From: Protoeuglena noctilucae
Taxonomy: Eukaryota
NCBI GenBank assembly: GCA_958009085.1
Contig: OY253668.1
Span: 496,001-560,000, forward strand
Length of the DNA: 64,000 nucleotides
Direction of reading: 5' to 3'
Part shown: positions 12,588 through 24,662 of the stretch, one piece after another
How positions within the stretch are numbered: the first letter of the stretch is position 1
Layout of the letters: the number at the start of each line of letters is the position of its first letter
Notes under the pieces: model-generated
Database searches by the model: none
What the model was told of the DNA's origin: nothing
The model's input: only the letters and a program-made list of their open reading frames with translations
Position numbers and translations under genes: made by a program

Positions 12588-13780
12588 ATGGCCTCATCCA
12601 CAGCAGTGATGGCGCAGGTGTTTGTGGGGGATGCCGACGACATGGTCGACAAGCTGATCGCGGCTTGCCAGATGCTGCCGACGGCTGTCGACCCGGGCGC
12701 CGGTATGGCCCGGGAGCTCGTCCCCTACTTCGACGAGGGCGTGGAGGCAGACAAGCCTGCGACCACTCCTAAGGTGACCCAGGGCGCCAACGCACGCCCG
12801 TTCTGCACCGTGGCGGGACTCGGGTCGCAGCGGCCGGTGTAGCGGGGACAGCCGGCCCATGTTCCGCGCGGCCGGGGGTGGGAGAGGCCCGATACCCCAA
12901 ACGTCCCCCCGGTCGCTCGGGCCTTTTACGCCCTTCGCGAGGGTGGCCCGCTGCTTTCTGTCCGCACTTGAGTCCCGTGCGGGGCCGCGCGGGCCGCGAC
13001 GGGCCGCGCTCGGGCCTCGACGGGGCACGCGTGACGCGGAGCCTTGCGACGCCTCGTTCGCCCCCCAAGCCCGTCTGCGGCTCTGTAGAGGCCTCCTTAG
13101 CGCGGGGACGCGCGGCTGGCCCTCGGGGGCCCCGCGCCGCTTCGCCCGAGGAACCGCATCTGCCTGGGCCCTCCCGCCCGGCTCCCTCCGACCCGCTCCT
13201 CAACTCGCTCGGCCACCGACGGTCCGTTTCCGCCCCCACGTTCGCGCAGACGCCACGCGTGGTGGCGATCCCGGCCAAGGCGCGCAAGCACGCCTCGTCG
13301 CAGCGACGTGGCAAGTCGCAGGTGGGCTGCCGGCCCCGCGAGCCCCTCTGCGCGCGCTAAGCATCGCCTTTGTTGCCGGGGACGTCGCGCCGACGCCCGC
13401 CGCGCCTCCCGCCCGCAGAGCCAAGTGGCAACCACCCAGCAGGCCGGGAGCGATTCCGAGACCGTCCACTCTGGCTCTGGCTCGTCGCGGTCCGTGTCCC
13501 CGACCCCACCGATGATCCGCGGCACGTTCTTCGCGGGCCCCTCGATCACGTCCCCGTCGCCCGGCATGCTCCCCATCCCGTCGACCCTTCTCGGGGACGC
13601 CGGCGTCCGCCCGCCGAACGTCGACGCGTCCGTGCTCGAGCTCAAGGTGCGCTCGGGCCGCAGAGGCGGCGCGGCGGGGCGCGGCGGAGGCGAGATGCCT
13701 CGGCAGATCTCGCACGCCCTCGACGGTGCCCGCCCGCTCCCCGCCCGCAGAGACTCCTGATGGGCCCGCGCAAGCTTTGA
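12588..13780 (+). CDS. Small disordered protein with PNRC/Edc1-type decapping-activator motif, 4 exons
   Basis: Exons approximately 12588-12772, 13250-13321, 13419-13646 and 13751-13780 join in frame with GT-AG introns. The product contains FFAGPSITSPSPGMLPIPS, resembling the YAGxxFxxSPxPSxLPxP PNRC motif, and a C-terminal SVLELKRLL. Confidence 0.6.
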
Positions 13781-14760
13781 GCGGGACCGTATGGCTGTAT
13801 CGCAGCGCCAGCGATCGCGGTCGTTCACGCTAGCAGGCGTTAGTCAGTCCTGCACAAGTCCGCGCCCGCGGTGGGGGCCCCTCCCCACCGGCGGGCCGGA
13901 AGTGTCCGCCCGAGCCACATGACGAGCCGGACCCGGCAGGTATTTTTATTGCCCGGTCCGACTCGCTCGGGAGGCGGCCCGAGCCCCGCTGACGGGGGCA
14001 GCTCGCCACCGCCTTGTCTTTCGGTCGGCTGCAAGAGCGCAGCAACTGCCCTTTCGGGGCCTCCAGTTCCTTTTCCTGTGTGGGGCGGCTGGATTCACTG
14101 GCCGGCAGCCCCGTGTGAGTAGCGCACGCAGTGCGCCTGTGCCCGCGAGACCCTTTCCACATTTGCGATACATCCTTGCTGTGCTGGGCTTTTGGCCTTC
14201 CCTCGCGCTCGAGTTGTCGATGCGTGCGTGGGGCGTGCCGGACGAGCTCGTGCACACGTGTGGCCGTTGCGTCCAGGCGCTCAGGTCGTGCACCTTCGTA
14301 TATGCCTGTATGCATGTCTACGGCGGTGTCGCCCTCGCATCACGGGCACCGTCTGCCATGACCGTTCTTGTTCGTAAGCAGCAGCAGCACAGCGCAGCAG
14401 CGGCTGCCCAGCTTTGTGCACGGGTAGCCCATTTGTCGATGTGCAGAGGGTGCTTTTCCAGTCCAGATACGCCTGTGCGTGCGGAGATGAGTCGTGTCGT
14501 GCGTGCGTTTTGGGGCTGGTTGAGGATGGAGATGGCTTAGGGGCTGGCCCGCAGGGGGCGGCCAGGGCCGGGCCCGTGAGGGTGGCTCACGGGGTCCGTA
14601 GCCGGAGGGAGGTGGATAGCGGTGGGGTGTGGTGGACATGGAAAGACGCGGTCAGGGTTGCTTTGACAGCAGTCGGAGAGCGGCGTGGGTTGATTTGAAC
14701 GAGAGAAGAAGAAACGCTTAATAGCAGCAAGGCAGCTAGCTGGTGCCCGGTGGCCTCCGC

Positions 14761-15591
14761 TTAGTGAGCCGAAGCGTCCTGCAGCTCTTGGGGGGTCAGG
14801 CAGACCATCGAGTCCACCGCATGGACCTTGGTCTGGAGCTCCTCCCAAATGCTGCGGAGCACAGGGCGAGGCACCCGTGACTCCCGCACCCAGGCGTGGC
14901 CAAGTCGGACATCACTGGCTCAGCAGCGGCACCCAGGCCAACGACGCCCCGCTGGAATTCGACGCCCGGTCGGCTCCCAAACCAGCTCACGTGCGCAGGG
15001 CCGCTTCTCACAGCTCCCTGCCCTCACCTGCGGAAGACCATCTGCTGGCGCTTCATGGAGCCCTTGCCCTCGAACTGCGCCGACACTACGTCGATGGTCA
15101 CGTGCTGTCCGTCTCCATAAACGTCCTTCACCTCCACGGCGGAGGCCTCCAGGGCCGCGGAAATCTGCGGGGGCGCGCGCGCGGTGCGTCCACAGACGGG
15201 GGATCGGGGCCACGCGATTTCGGCGCCGAAAGCTCTCTCGCCTTCCCCTTCATCGACTCCATTAACTTCTCGTTTATCTTCTTGAGCTCCTCCGGCACCG
15301 GCTCCTTCGGGGCCTCGTCGAACCGCGCGCTACCGGGCCCCGAGACGGGGAGGCTCGCCGTCACGACCCTCCCCCGCCGCCCCGCTGCCTGTTCGCTGCG
15401 ATGCACCCCAGCATGGATGGCCACGCATCCTGCGCTCAGAGCAAGCGTGAATGCTCTGTCTGCGAAGGCTCAGGTCGCGTGGGAAGCAGCGTGAGGGTGC
15501 CCAATCCATCCCCTCGTCTCCTGCGATCACGCTCACCCCGCCCACTTCCTACCGCCCCACGAACGCCAACAAAGGACCCCAGCGCAAGCAT
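14761..15591 (-). CDS. BOLA4: BolA-family protein, BOLA4-like (organellar), 4 exons; largely missed by the ORF track
   Basis: Spliced translation ..LMESMKGK|ISAALEASAVEVKDVYGDGQHVTIDVVSAQFEGKGSMKRQQMVFR|SIWEELQTKVHAVDSMVCLTPQE..TAA. Intron 15165..15241 is GC-AG. Confidence 0.88.
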
Positions 15592-15727
15592 CGCCAGTGC
15601 TTCGGCTGGACGTCGGGGAGACGAGGCGCTCACGCGAACGTGCTGCCCTCTCAATTGGCGCGGCACAGGGAGGATCCGCGCGACCAGGGTTTCCCAGGAA
15701 TCCTTGGAAAGAGAGGGTCCGGAAGAA

Positions 15728-18448
15728 ATGGTCGGCGGAGCCATCGCGCCGTGCATTCTCAGGTGTGCCAAACACTTGCGCCGACTCGCGCTGACGCGCA
15801 CATTTCGGGGGGCTCTGTCTTCAGTCACTCTTCCGGCACACGGGAGAGGATACCGGGGCTGGTTATCTGCCTCTGGAACGCGAGCGGGTCGATGTCACTG
15901 GACGCGGTGGCTCTCGACCACGCGCACTCGTCTGTGACGCACCTGCTGCCCTCCCAGGTGTGCGATCCTGCGGGCCATTCGTGCGATACGATGACCATGA
16001 CGCCGTCTTTCCCGAACGGCGCGAGCTCACTTCTTAGCGCCAACCCCCGCAGCGCCCGCCCCTCTCGGTCAGCCCCAGCGGGCTCGTCGCTTTTAGCGAT
16101 GGCGCCGACGTGCGCCTGACGCGCTGGGATTCCGACGATGGCTTCAGCGCCCAGCAAGTCGTCCCCGCGACCCATAGCACCGGAAGGGTGCTGGCGTTGG
16201 CCGCGGATGCCGCCCTCCCGACGTCGCTTGTGGTCCTTCGGGCGGATGGGGCGGAAATCCTATCATCGCCCATGATCGACGCGCGTGTGGGTTCCGCCGC
16301 ACCAACCCACGGAGCCCGCCGGGCCATCGCGCGCAGCGACCCCGCGAACCCGTGGCATGCCGCGGCCTTCAGCCCGCACCGCGCAGGCTCGGCCCCGAGC
16401 CGGCTGTACCTCGCCGTCGGCAGGCGCGGGGAGGTCGCGCTGGTGGGAAGGGACGACAGCGTGGCCAGCCCATGTCTCCTGCGTGACCCTCACTCGGACC
16501 AAATGGGCCACGCTTCGTGCCCCAGCGTACGTGCCATGGCCTGGGTGAGCCAGTGGGTGCCGGTGTGCCGCACACGAGGATCGCAACAGTTCTCATCGCG
16601 GGGCACACCCGGCGTGCGCTTGTGCTGGGTGACGTCCCTCATGCAACTCCCAGCTGCGCCTGCACGCAGTGCTGCGGGGAGGATGCAGACCACCTGGGCG
16701 TGTGTTGGTCGGACGGCACCGTGGACGTGTTGGAGTTCCAAATTGGAAGCGAGAATTCTGTCGCTGTGCATAGGTCCGTGCTCTTGGGCCCCGGTGGCCC
16801 CGTTCGGTGCCTGGGTGTGGTCCCTGGCGTGGGTTTTGTGGGGACCAGGGAGGCGGTCGTGGCGGCGTGGGAGCCGGGAGTCCGCGGAATCGAAGCCGCG
16901 GGCACTGCAGGGGACGGCAGCGACGCGCAAGGCAGCAACGGAGACGGTGGCGGTGTCGTGGACCTCCGCGGCATGCATGGGGTAGACCCCAGGTGCGTTG
17001 ACGCTGCCAGGCGCATGTCTGTGACGGTCCACTTGGCAGGCTGCCCAGCGCCACGACGCGCTGAACTGTCAATCGTCAATGCCAGTCACAGGGGCGCTCC
17101 CGACATCCCGCCGGCCTTCCTTCTGCGCGGATCGGAGTCTGCTGGAGTGGCCGCACAAATGAGGCCGGAGGTGTTCCTGCATCTGCGGCTCAATAGCAAT
17201 TCAAGCAGCAACGCTGCGCGAGGTGGGTTCACTGCCCCATGTGCGTGTTTGTGGGCCGTGCAAGGGCCCGCTGCTTGCCCGACACCGGCATTTCTTGTTG
17301 AGCAGCAGGTCCTGGCGCCACAGCGATGAGTCTGCCACTCCCCGTGGCGTTCCCCGACCTCCTGGCCACGGCAGAGGACATTGCGTGCGTGAGCAGCAGC
17401 ACGGCGCCAGCGGCCGTCCATCTCTTCCGGTGACCGGCGGCAGGGACCCGACAGCGCATGTCATGCTATGCCCGAGTCTATTCAGCTCATCGCATGTGGC
17501 TCAATGCTTTGTGCGAATGCCCGCAGGTGCACTGTCGCTGGCCTCATGACCCTCGGCTGTGTCAGCCTCGCCCTCCCGAGCCCCACCGGCTCACGGCTCA
17601 CGGGCCTGGCAGCGCGGATGGTGCGCCCTGACACGTCACGCGTCGCGGGTTCTTTGCACCTCGTGACCCTGTCCGTCACGACAGCCGAGGCTGGGGACAG
17701 CATGCCGGGCATCGTGGGGGCTGCCCTGTCTCGAAAGCCCAGGCCGGCGGAGGTGACCCTCTCTCACCACGCGGTGCGCGGGGTGACAATAACCGGCACA
17801 GCGGCGACCTCGAGCCTAGCTGCAGCGGTGGAGGAAGGGCTGAGGAACAACATGGGTCCCATTGACATCCTGGCGCTTATGGGCAGGGGCGGAGGAGGGC
17901 AGGGCAGACGGCCTACGGGCGATGACGTCTCAGAGGCCACCACTTCCGGTGTATTGGCTGAGACGGCAGATAGAAGGATGGGTAGGGATAGGGAAACGCG
18001 TGCGGGCGCTTTGTCCCCTCGCCGGGGCGGTCCAGAGACGCCGGGGAAGGGAGAGGGGCCCGGACCACAAACACGACAGCGTGCGGGGTCCGACCCATCC
18101 CCCGGCTTAGACAACGACGCTCTGCCTGGGTCGGTGCAAGCCACTCTGTGCGCACTGCAGGGTCAGCTTCTGGATCATCAAAGGGACCTTCTGCGCGCTT
18201 CCGAGGCCCAGGCACGCGACCACGCGCGACTGATGGATCGTATGCTGGAGGAGGTGTGATGGCTGCTCATGCGCTGTGCATGTGCTGACCCAGGCCGTTC
18301 CCACGCTCACTCACGCGGCTCCCCACCCTGCCATCAGGTCGCTGCGGCGCGGAAGGAGCGCGCATCGATGTCCGCAGCCATCGTCGCCCTGGCTCGCGCG
18401 GTGGATGGGCTCGCAGACCGCCTTGGGACTCGGCAGGGCGGCGTTTAG
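15728..18448 (+). CDS. Uncharacterised beta-propeller-like protein with C-terminal coiled coil (possibly WDCP-like), about 8 exons
   Basis: A consistent GT-AG exon chain. It has WD-like segments (WHAAAFSPH, SVRAMAW, LGVCWSDGTVDVLEF) and a C-terminal heptad region (LCALQGQLLDHQRDLLR..RLMDRMLEE|VAAARKER). Ends GGV-TAG. The family call is tentative. Confidence 0.5.
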
Positions 18449-18700
18449 CAGTCCTGACATGTGTCAGTATCTGGCGTGTGCAGTAAGAGCGGACGTAGTA
18501 GTGCCAGGCAGGACATGGAGCGTGCATGCATAGATCGCGACGCTTCAAGCGGGCGCCGGAGAGGAGCGGCGAGAGGTAGGGCAGCGAGCAGGCCGACTAG
18601 TGCGAGAGACCGGACGCCAAAGTATCATGGGCGCGGGCTCCAGGCTACCGGCATGCTAACGGCAGCAAAGGCGGCGGCGGTATCGAGCGAGGTGGCGGTG

Positions 18701-21580
18701 TCACTTGGCGAACTCCCCGTCAAAGCCGACGAAGCCCGCCATCTTGAAGAGCGTCCAGTAGGGCTTCTTCTCGATCTTGGAGCACCAATTCTACGCCGAC
18801 GTGAGCCGCCCATCGATGCAGCTGCAGTCGTCAAAGAATGAGTCGGCGCCGGAGCCGTCGAAGGCATGGCGGAAGAAGTCGCACAGGATGGCCTTGCGGG
18901 CGTCGTCCGCGCTCCCGAACACGCTGTCGATGTACGCGCGGCAGCTGGGCTCCCGGTACAGCTTGGGGATTTCGTCCAGGACCAACACGACCGGGTTGAG
19001 GATGCGAGGGACCTGCAACAATGCGGCAGGCGATCGCAGGTAAAACCCCCGTCTTGGAAGCGCCCCTATGTCTGTCATGGCATAACTCGTGGCTTTGTCG
19101 TAGGACGTGGAATGTTGGGATGTTCGTGGATGTGGAGTCACACTCGCCTGGGTGTACTTGTCGATGAAAAGCAGGGCGTTGGGAACGTTGTGGTCCCCCA
19201 TGTGAACGACGGACGACCCCACCCAGTGCCCCAGCCGCTGCTGGCAGCGCGTGACGATCCGGGTCATCGCCCGCAGCGTCTCGGGCGCCTGCTGCACGCG
19301 GTTGAGGCCCTGGCCCGTGTCGATCAATCGGTAGCCGTTGCGAGGGTCCAGCAGGTCCGTCTCTGCCAGTACCCACAGCTTGAACATCTCCGTCGAGACC
19401 TCCCGCCACAGCGCCAGGGACTGCAGCACGTAGTGGTACTGCCGCTCGTGGTTGTGCGTCAGGCGCGCGCCCCCGCGGCCTGCGGAGGAGGGGAGGCACG
19501 AGCGCGGGTCGAAGCACGTGTGTTTAGAAGACAAGACAAGGCACTGCTGGTAATGGGGCCGGCAATAGGGACCCCAATGGTCCCCCGAAGGAGTCGCGGG
19601 ATGAGCCAGGTCACGTGTCGCTTTCCAGGCAAATATGAGGAATCTCTTACGCCCATCCCATCATGGGAAGCACGTTCGCGCGGCGCACCGGACTGGATGG
19701 CGAGGGAGTAGGGCCCGTCGATGGCCGTGGGGGAGAAGAAGGTCGTGAGGTAGGTGATGGCCTTGTCGATGGGGTCTCGGTTGAAAAAGAGATACGAGTT
19801 GTTGTCGCTGATGCTGTAGATGCAGTGGAGGAGCTCGTCCTCCGACACCTGCCGCGTCTTGTACTTGTGAGCCAGGGCCGCACGCGCCTTCTCCTTCCGC
19901 TTGATCTCCGCCTGGATCTCGGACCTGCGCAGACGAGCGGGCGAGGGCGTGAAGCGTAATGCGAGCGAGGGCGAGGGGTTGGGGCTAGCGTGGGCGAGGG
20001 AATTGGATTCGGCAAACTTCGGACCACCCGGTCTTTGCCAAGCGGGCCCGTGCGTCGCTCTCACCTGTCCCGCTCCCCCGCCACCACCTCTGCCGTCGCC
20101 ACGTGCATAAGGGGGTCCTCCAGCATCTGAAGCGCCCCGCGCTCTTCCAGGAAACGGTAGACTGCGAGAGGGGAGTCAACGACGGCGTGATATGGACAGG
20201 GCGGCTGTGACGACAACCGACAGAACCCCACGTCGCCCATCTACGTGACAGGGTGGATGCACGTGCACTCTGCTACGTAGCAAAGGCACTCACCGGTGCG
20301 CAGGGGCTTGACGCAGTCGAACTCCAGCAGCTCTCGGACGTAAGGGTCCGAGGAATCCATGAGCATGTACAGCAGCTTGCCGTAGTCGCTGCGCATGGAC
20401 CCCGGGTTCATGACCTTGCACCTCCTGCCGATCTCGAAGCAGTTCTGGAAAAACTCGGCGTTGGTCACGAAGTCCCTGGGGGTGCATCAAGCGGCGCGTT
20501 CACATTTTCGCACGCACGCCAGTGGGGTGTGGGGCTGTCGACCATAAGGGCGGGTGCACGCGAGGTGCGCAGGGGTGAGCGAGGTGCATGGGATGCCAGG
20601 GAAGCGTGGCGACTTCAGCCCCTCAGCCCCACCTGTCCTTGATGAGCCGCTGGCCCTCGGCATAGTTTTCCGCGACCACCAACCCGCACAAAATGGCGCA
20701 CAGGTACTTGATCTGGGTATGGATGCGACCTGTTTTGCTCTTCCACGTCGAGATGTCCACCTTGTCCGTATACTCCGACACAGCGAGCGCTCCCTGCATG
20801 ACGCAACGGGGCGTGCGGGCGATGGCTTACCGCTCTCCGCACATGCGCTGGGCATTGAGATTTGCGTCTGCCGCGCCGCTCGCCTCCAACAGCCGGAGCA
20901 GCCTCCGCTCGTCGAGGTTCAGGCGCAAAGGGATCCACTTCGCCCGCTCGCTGAAGCTCTGGCCGGCTCCCATCGCCTCCATGAGTTCCTCCTCCAGGTC
21001 GGCGTCCCCGGCGCGCCGTGCGGGGGCCACGCCGGCCACGTCGTCAAGCGCGGCGTCCGAATCCGCTGCGCCGGCCAGGGCCCGCCCGCCCGCGGGGCCA
21101 CGGCTGTGCTGCGTCACGGCCACCTCGCGCTCCTGCTGCGCGGCAAAGAGCTGCGCTTCCGCGGCGTGCTCCTCGAGCTGCCGAAGCAGCTCCGTCAATC
21201 GAAGCTTCGCGTCCCCTTCCGCCCAGCCAGCGGCCTCCTGCGCGGCGGTGACGAGCGCCTGCGCCGCCGCGGCCCGCTCCTGGGCCCGCTCCACCAGCTG
21301 CACCTGGTGCACGCGCAGCATGCTTGCGCGCTGCTCTGCCTCCGCTTCCGCCCGCTGCTTCTCCTCCGCGAGGCTCTGGACCTGCGAAGGCGGCGCGCGG
21401 AGGACATGAGCGAGTGGTTTTTTTGGGATGGCTGGACGGCGGCAGCGGAGGGGCGATAAAGGCGCCCGCGCTCGCCTGCGCGAGAAGGTCTTGCACGCTT
21501 CCGTCCGCCCCATCCCTGTCGTGATCGACGCCGTTTTCCTCCGAGTCCAGCACACGACTGAGCGCCTCATTCGCCCCCAT
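18701..21580 (-). CDS. DUF2009/UPF0652 protein, 8 exons, with one internal in-frame TAG (18791-18793)
   Basis: ERAKWIPLRL..LLE|GALAVSEYTDKVD, FEIGRR.KVMNP..MRS.YGKL, DTGQGLNRVQ, WVGSSVVHMGDHNVPNALLFIDKYTQ|VPRIL and FDGSGAD..CIDGRLTSA*NWCSKIEKKPY..FKMAGFVGFDGEF-TGA. Confidence 0.85.
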
Positions 21581-22128
21581 GGCGACCCGCTTTCGGCTGG
21601 GCCCTACCCTCACGCAGTCCCTTAACAGCCCCGCCACCGACCAGTGAGTCATCGCCTGCAGCAGGCGATGGATTTCGCTTGAAGGGTGCTTCGTAAACGC
21701 GCAGCGGGGGGAAGCGAACATGATTGCTTCGCACACACCTAAAACGGTGGATCCCCGCGGCTCTTCACATGAACTCTCGACAGTCCGCAAAACCCCGCCC
21801 TGCACCGACCCCCCAGCACGCTCCCGTCGCTGCAGCCACAAGGAAGCGGAGCAGAGGGTCGCCCACCACCGTGCAAAGCCGCGTTGGCCAAAGAGGCTCA
21901 ATGCAGCAGTCGAGTATGGAGTGCAGATTTGGCCCGGCATCGAGCGCGACCCGGGCAGCGAGGCAGGCGAGCAGGTGCACTGCCATTTTCTGGCACGGCC
22001 TTCTAATTCCCCATCAGGCTACGCTGCGGTGCTCAGAGTTGCGCGGTGGGTCTCCGTTTGGCTCCTCTATCTGCAGGTGCCGCGCACTTCAACCCATTTC
22101 GCGCCTCGCGTCTGGTTAAGGGCAAGAA

Positions 22129-23019
22129 ATGTCGCTGGGGCTCCCCAGCATGCTGGGCAGCCAGGAAGATGCCGACGAGGATGCCGTGATGCTCGGGAGG
22201 AGACGGAAGTTCCACGCGCACCCAGCTGCCCAGGCGTACCTGCCCTTCGGTGAGTCTCTGTTTTGCGCGCCCGCACAAGCGCAAGGTTGACTTTGCCGTT
22301 GATGCCGCCGACTCCCCGGCGCCATGACGCCCGTCGTCTTGCCCATCAGGTGTTAAAGAAGGCGAGGAGCAGGACGAGGTCGGCAGTCCGGGATTCCACA
22401 TCTCGCGGCGGCCTCCGCCTTCGGCCCTCGAGCCTGCCCAGGGCCAGGAGCGCGAGGGGCAATGGCAGACGACGTACATGCTTGGGTGTGGCGACGCGAC
22501 GGGAGCACGAGACGACAGCGACGACGTGGGCCGAGTGAAGGCAAGCTTTTGGAGCACAGCGCAGAGCAAATGTGACGGCATGCAAAGGCCCTCGCGACGC
22601 GAAGCTTCCCGCGCTGTCCGCAGAAATGGCGGCAAGGGAAGAAGTGCCTCAAGCCGGCGTACGAGGGGTCGGGACCAGGGTCGGGCCCAGGGTCGTCCCT
22701 GGGCGGGAGCGCGCGGTTCCAGGACAGCCAGGGCGTGAGCGCCGTGCTGTCGGAAGGGACCTGGAAGGCCGCGGGGCATGTGCCTGGCTACACTGGTCAC
22801 GTTCCGGCAAGCCAGCCCGTCCCTCCTCAGGCGAGTTTAGGCCAAGGTGGTGGCGCGTACCTGCGACGTGGTCAAAGGGTGGCTCTCAAGCTCCTCTTCC
22901 CCCGCTTTCAGGCCGGTGAGGGCCGCACTCTGGACAAGAGCATGCCTCTCTTCAGCAGCAACTACAAGCCGTCGTACGAAGGCTTCAGGAGCGTGAGCAA
23001 GCTCGTCCCGCAGCCCTGA
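22129..23019 (+). CDS. Small protein with a PGYTGHVP motif, ciliary microtubule-inner-protein-like, 4 exons
   Basis: In-frame exon chain (introns about 22250..22349 GT, 22541..22623 GC, 22831..22911 GC). Contains WQTTY and HVPGYTGHVP, typical of FAM166/PYG-GFG-repeat axonemal proteins. Confidence 0.5.
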
Positions 23020-23143
23020 CGGGCAGGGTGCCGTGACCTAGGGTTTGATGCCAGCCCTTATCCAGTACCGGGAGACACTCCGTAGCTGCAATGTTCGTCC
23101 GCTGCAGCTCATAGGGCTTCGATTTGGCATAAAACGGCCTTGA

Positions 23144-24592
23144 ATGGCGACGGCCCTGCTCACGCTGGGCCCGTGCGCCCACCCTAGGCCAGCCAGGCGA
23201 CAGCCACAGTCGCTGGCCGCTGACTTGGCGGGGCGAGGGGGAAAGCAACTGGCCGTCCCGGCTGTGGGGAGGAGCAGGGCCCACGGCAATGTGTTGCGGG
23301 CGTCGCCCGTGAAGGTGGAGGGGGACGTGGCGGGCATGACCGAGTGGTTGGACGGCCTTAAGTACAACGTAGATGGCCTGGTTGTCGCAATCGCTCAGGT
23401 GCGTGAGTTTGGTCACGACGTTCATCTGCGAGCGGTATCATCCAGCTCTGGGCAGATACCGACACGCCAGTAGCTCAATGCGTGTCGTGTGGGGTTGTTC
23501 GTGTGATAGCTGTCATCGGCATCGGGGCGCGTGCGGTATCTGCATCCCCGGGGGGCCCTGCAGCCGCCGGTGCTTGCCAGCGCCCTCCTCGGCGTCACAT
23601 GCTTGCTTCTGCCTAAATTTGATGCCGATGGTTTTGTATGCACATTATGCGCGCGTCACGGTGTCTCATAGCGCCCTTTTCCCGTCGAGAGCGGCGGGAG
23701 GGCAGGTGTTGATCTCGACGTTCATGCGGCCCGTGATTACGCGCCCTTTCCCGCAGCATGTCGACACTGGGGAGATCCTCATGCAGGGCTTCAGCGACCG
23801 GAACGCGCTTAGCGAGACGCTGCAGACGGGGCTCGCGACCTTCTTCTCCCGGTCCCGCAAGGGCCGGTGGTGCAAGGGGGAGACCTCTGGGAACTACCTG
23901 CGGGTGCAGTCCGTGTTCCTGGACTGCGACCGGGACAGCGTGATCTACCTGTGCGAACCGGACGGCCCCACATGCCACACGGGCGCGCGGACGTGTTGGT
24001 TCGAGCGGGCGGATTTGGAGGCCGAGGTGCTCGCGCGCGGCCGCCAGATGCCCTCCGCACCGACAGCGTGATCGGCTTTCCAGCCCGCCATGCGCCCCGC
24101 GCCCTCTCGCATCGCAGGGTCCGGCCCTGGTCACGGTGGGCGCAGAGGACAGCACGACCCACGTGCCCCGGACGACGCTCCTGGCCCTGGAGCAGACGAT
24201 CCGGGAGCGCCGCGCGGCTGCCGAGGCGGGCGGCGCGGAGCAGGGCGGCAAGCCCTCCTGGACCGCACGTCTCCTGGCGGACCCGTCGCTGTGCTGCAAG
24301 AAGATCCGGGAAGAGGCTGGGGAGCTGTGCCAGACGTGGGAGCAGCAAGAGGGCCGCGAGAGAGCCGTCTCCGAGGTGCGGAGGCGTGGGCTGCTCGGTG
24401 CCGGCTGTAACGCTTGGCACGACCTCAGGCGCGAGGCCATTCGCGTGTGTCACGCAGATGGCGGACCTGCTGTACCACTCCATGGTGCTGCTGAACGTGC
24501 AAGGCGTGGAGATGGAGGAGGTGCTTGGGGAGCTTCGGCGGAGGTTCGGGACGTCTGGGATCGAGGAGAAGGCTTCAAGGAAGAAGCAGTGA
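23144..24592 (+). CDS. HISN2: Bifunctional phosphoribosyl-AMP cyclohydrolase / phosphoribosyl-ATP pyrophosphatase (HisIE), plastid-targeted
   Basis: GLVVAIAQ|HVDTGEILMQ, FFSRSR..WCKGETSGN, DCDRDS, GPTCHTGARTCWF, KKIREEAGEL and SE|MADLLYHSMVLL..RRFGTSGIEEK. The N-terminus is transit-peptide-like. Confidence 0.95.
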
Positions 24593-24662
24593 AGACGTAT
24601 GCAACGGTCCGAGCTATGGTGACGCTAGTTTGAACACGATGTCGAAGGCGGAAGACAGCAAT

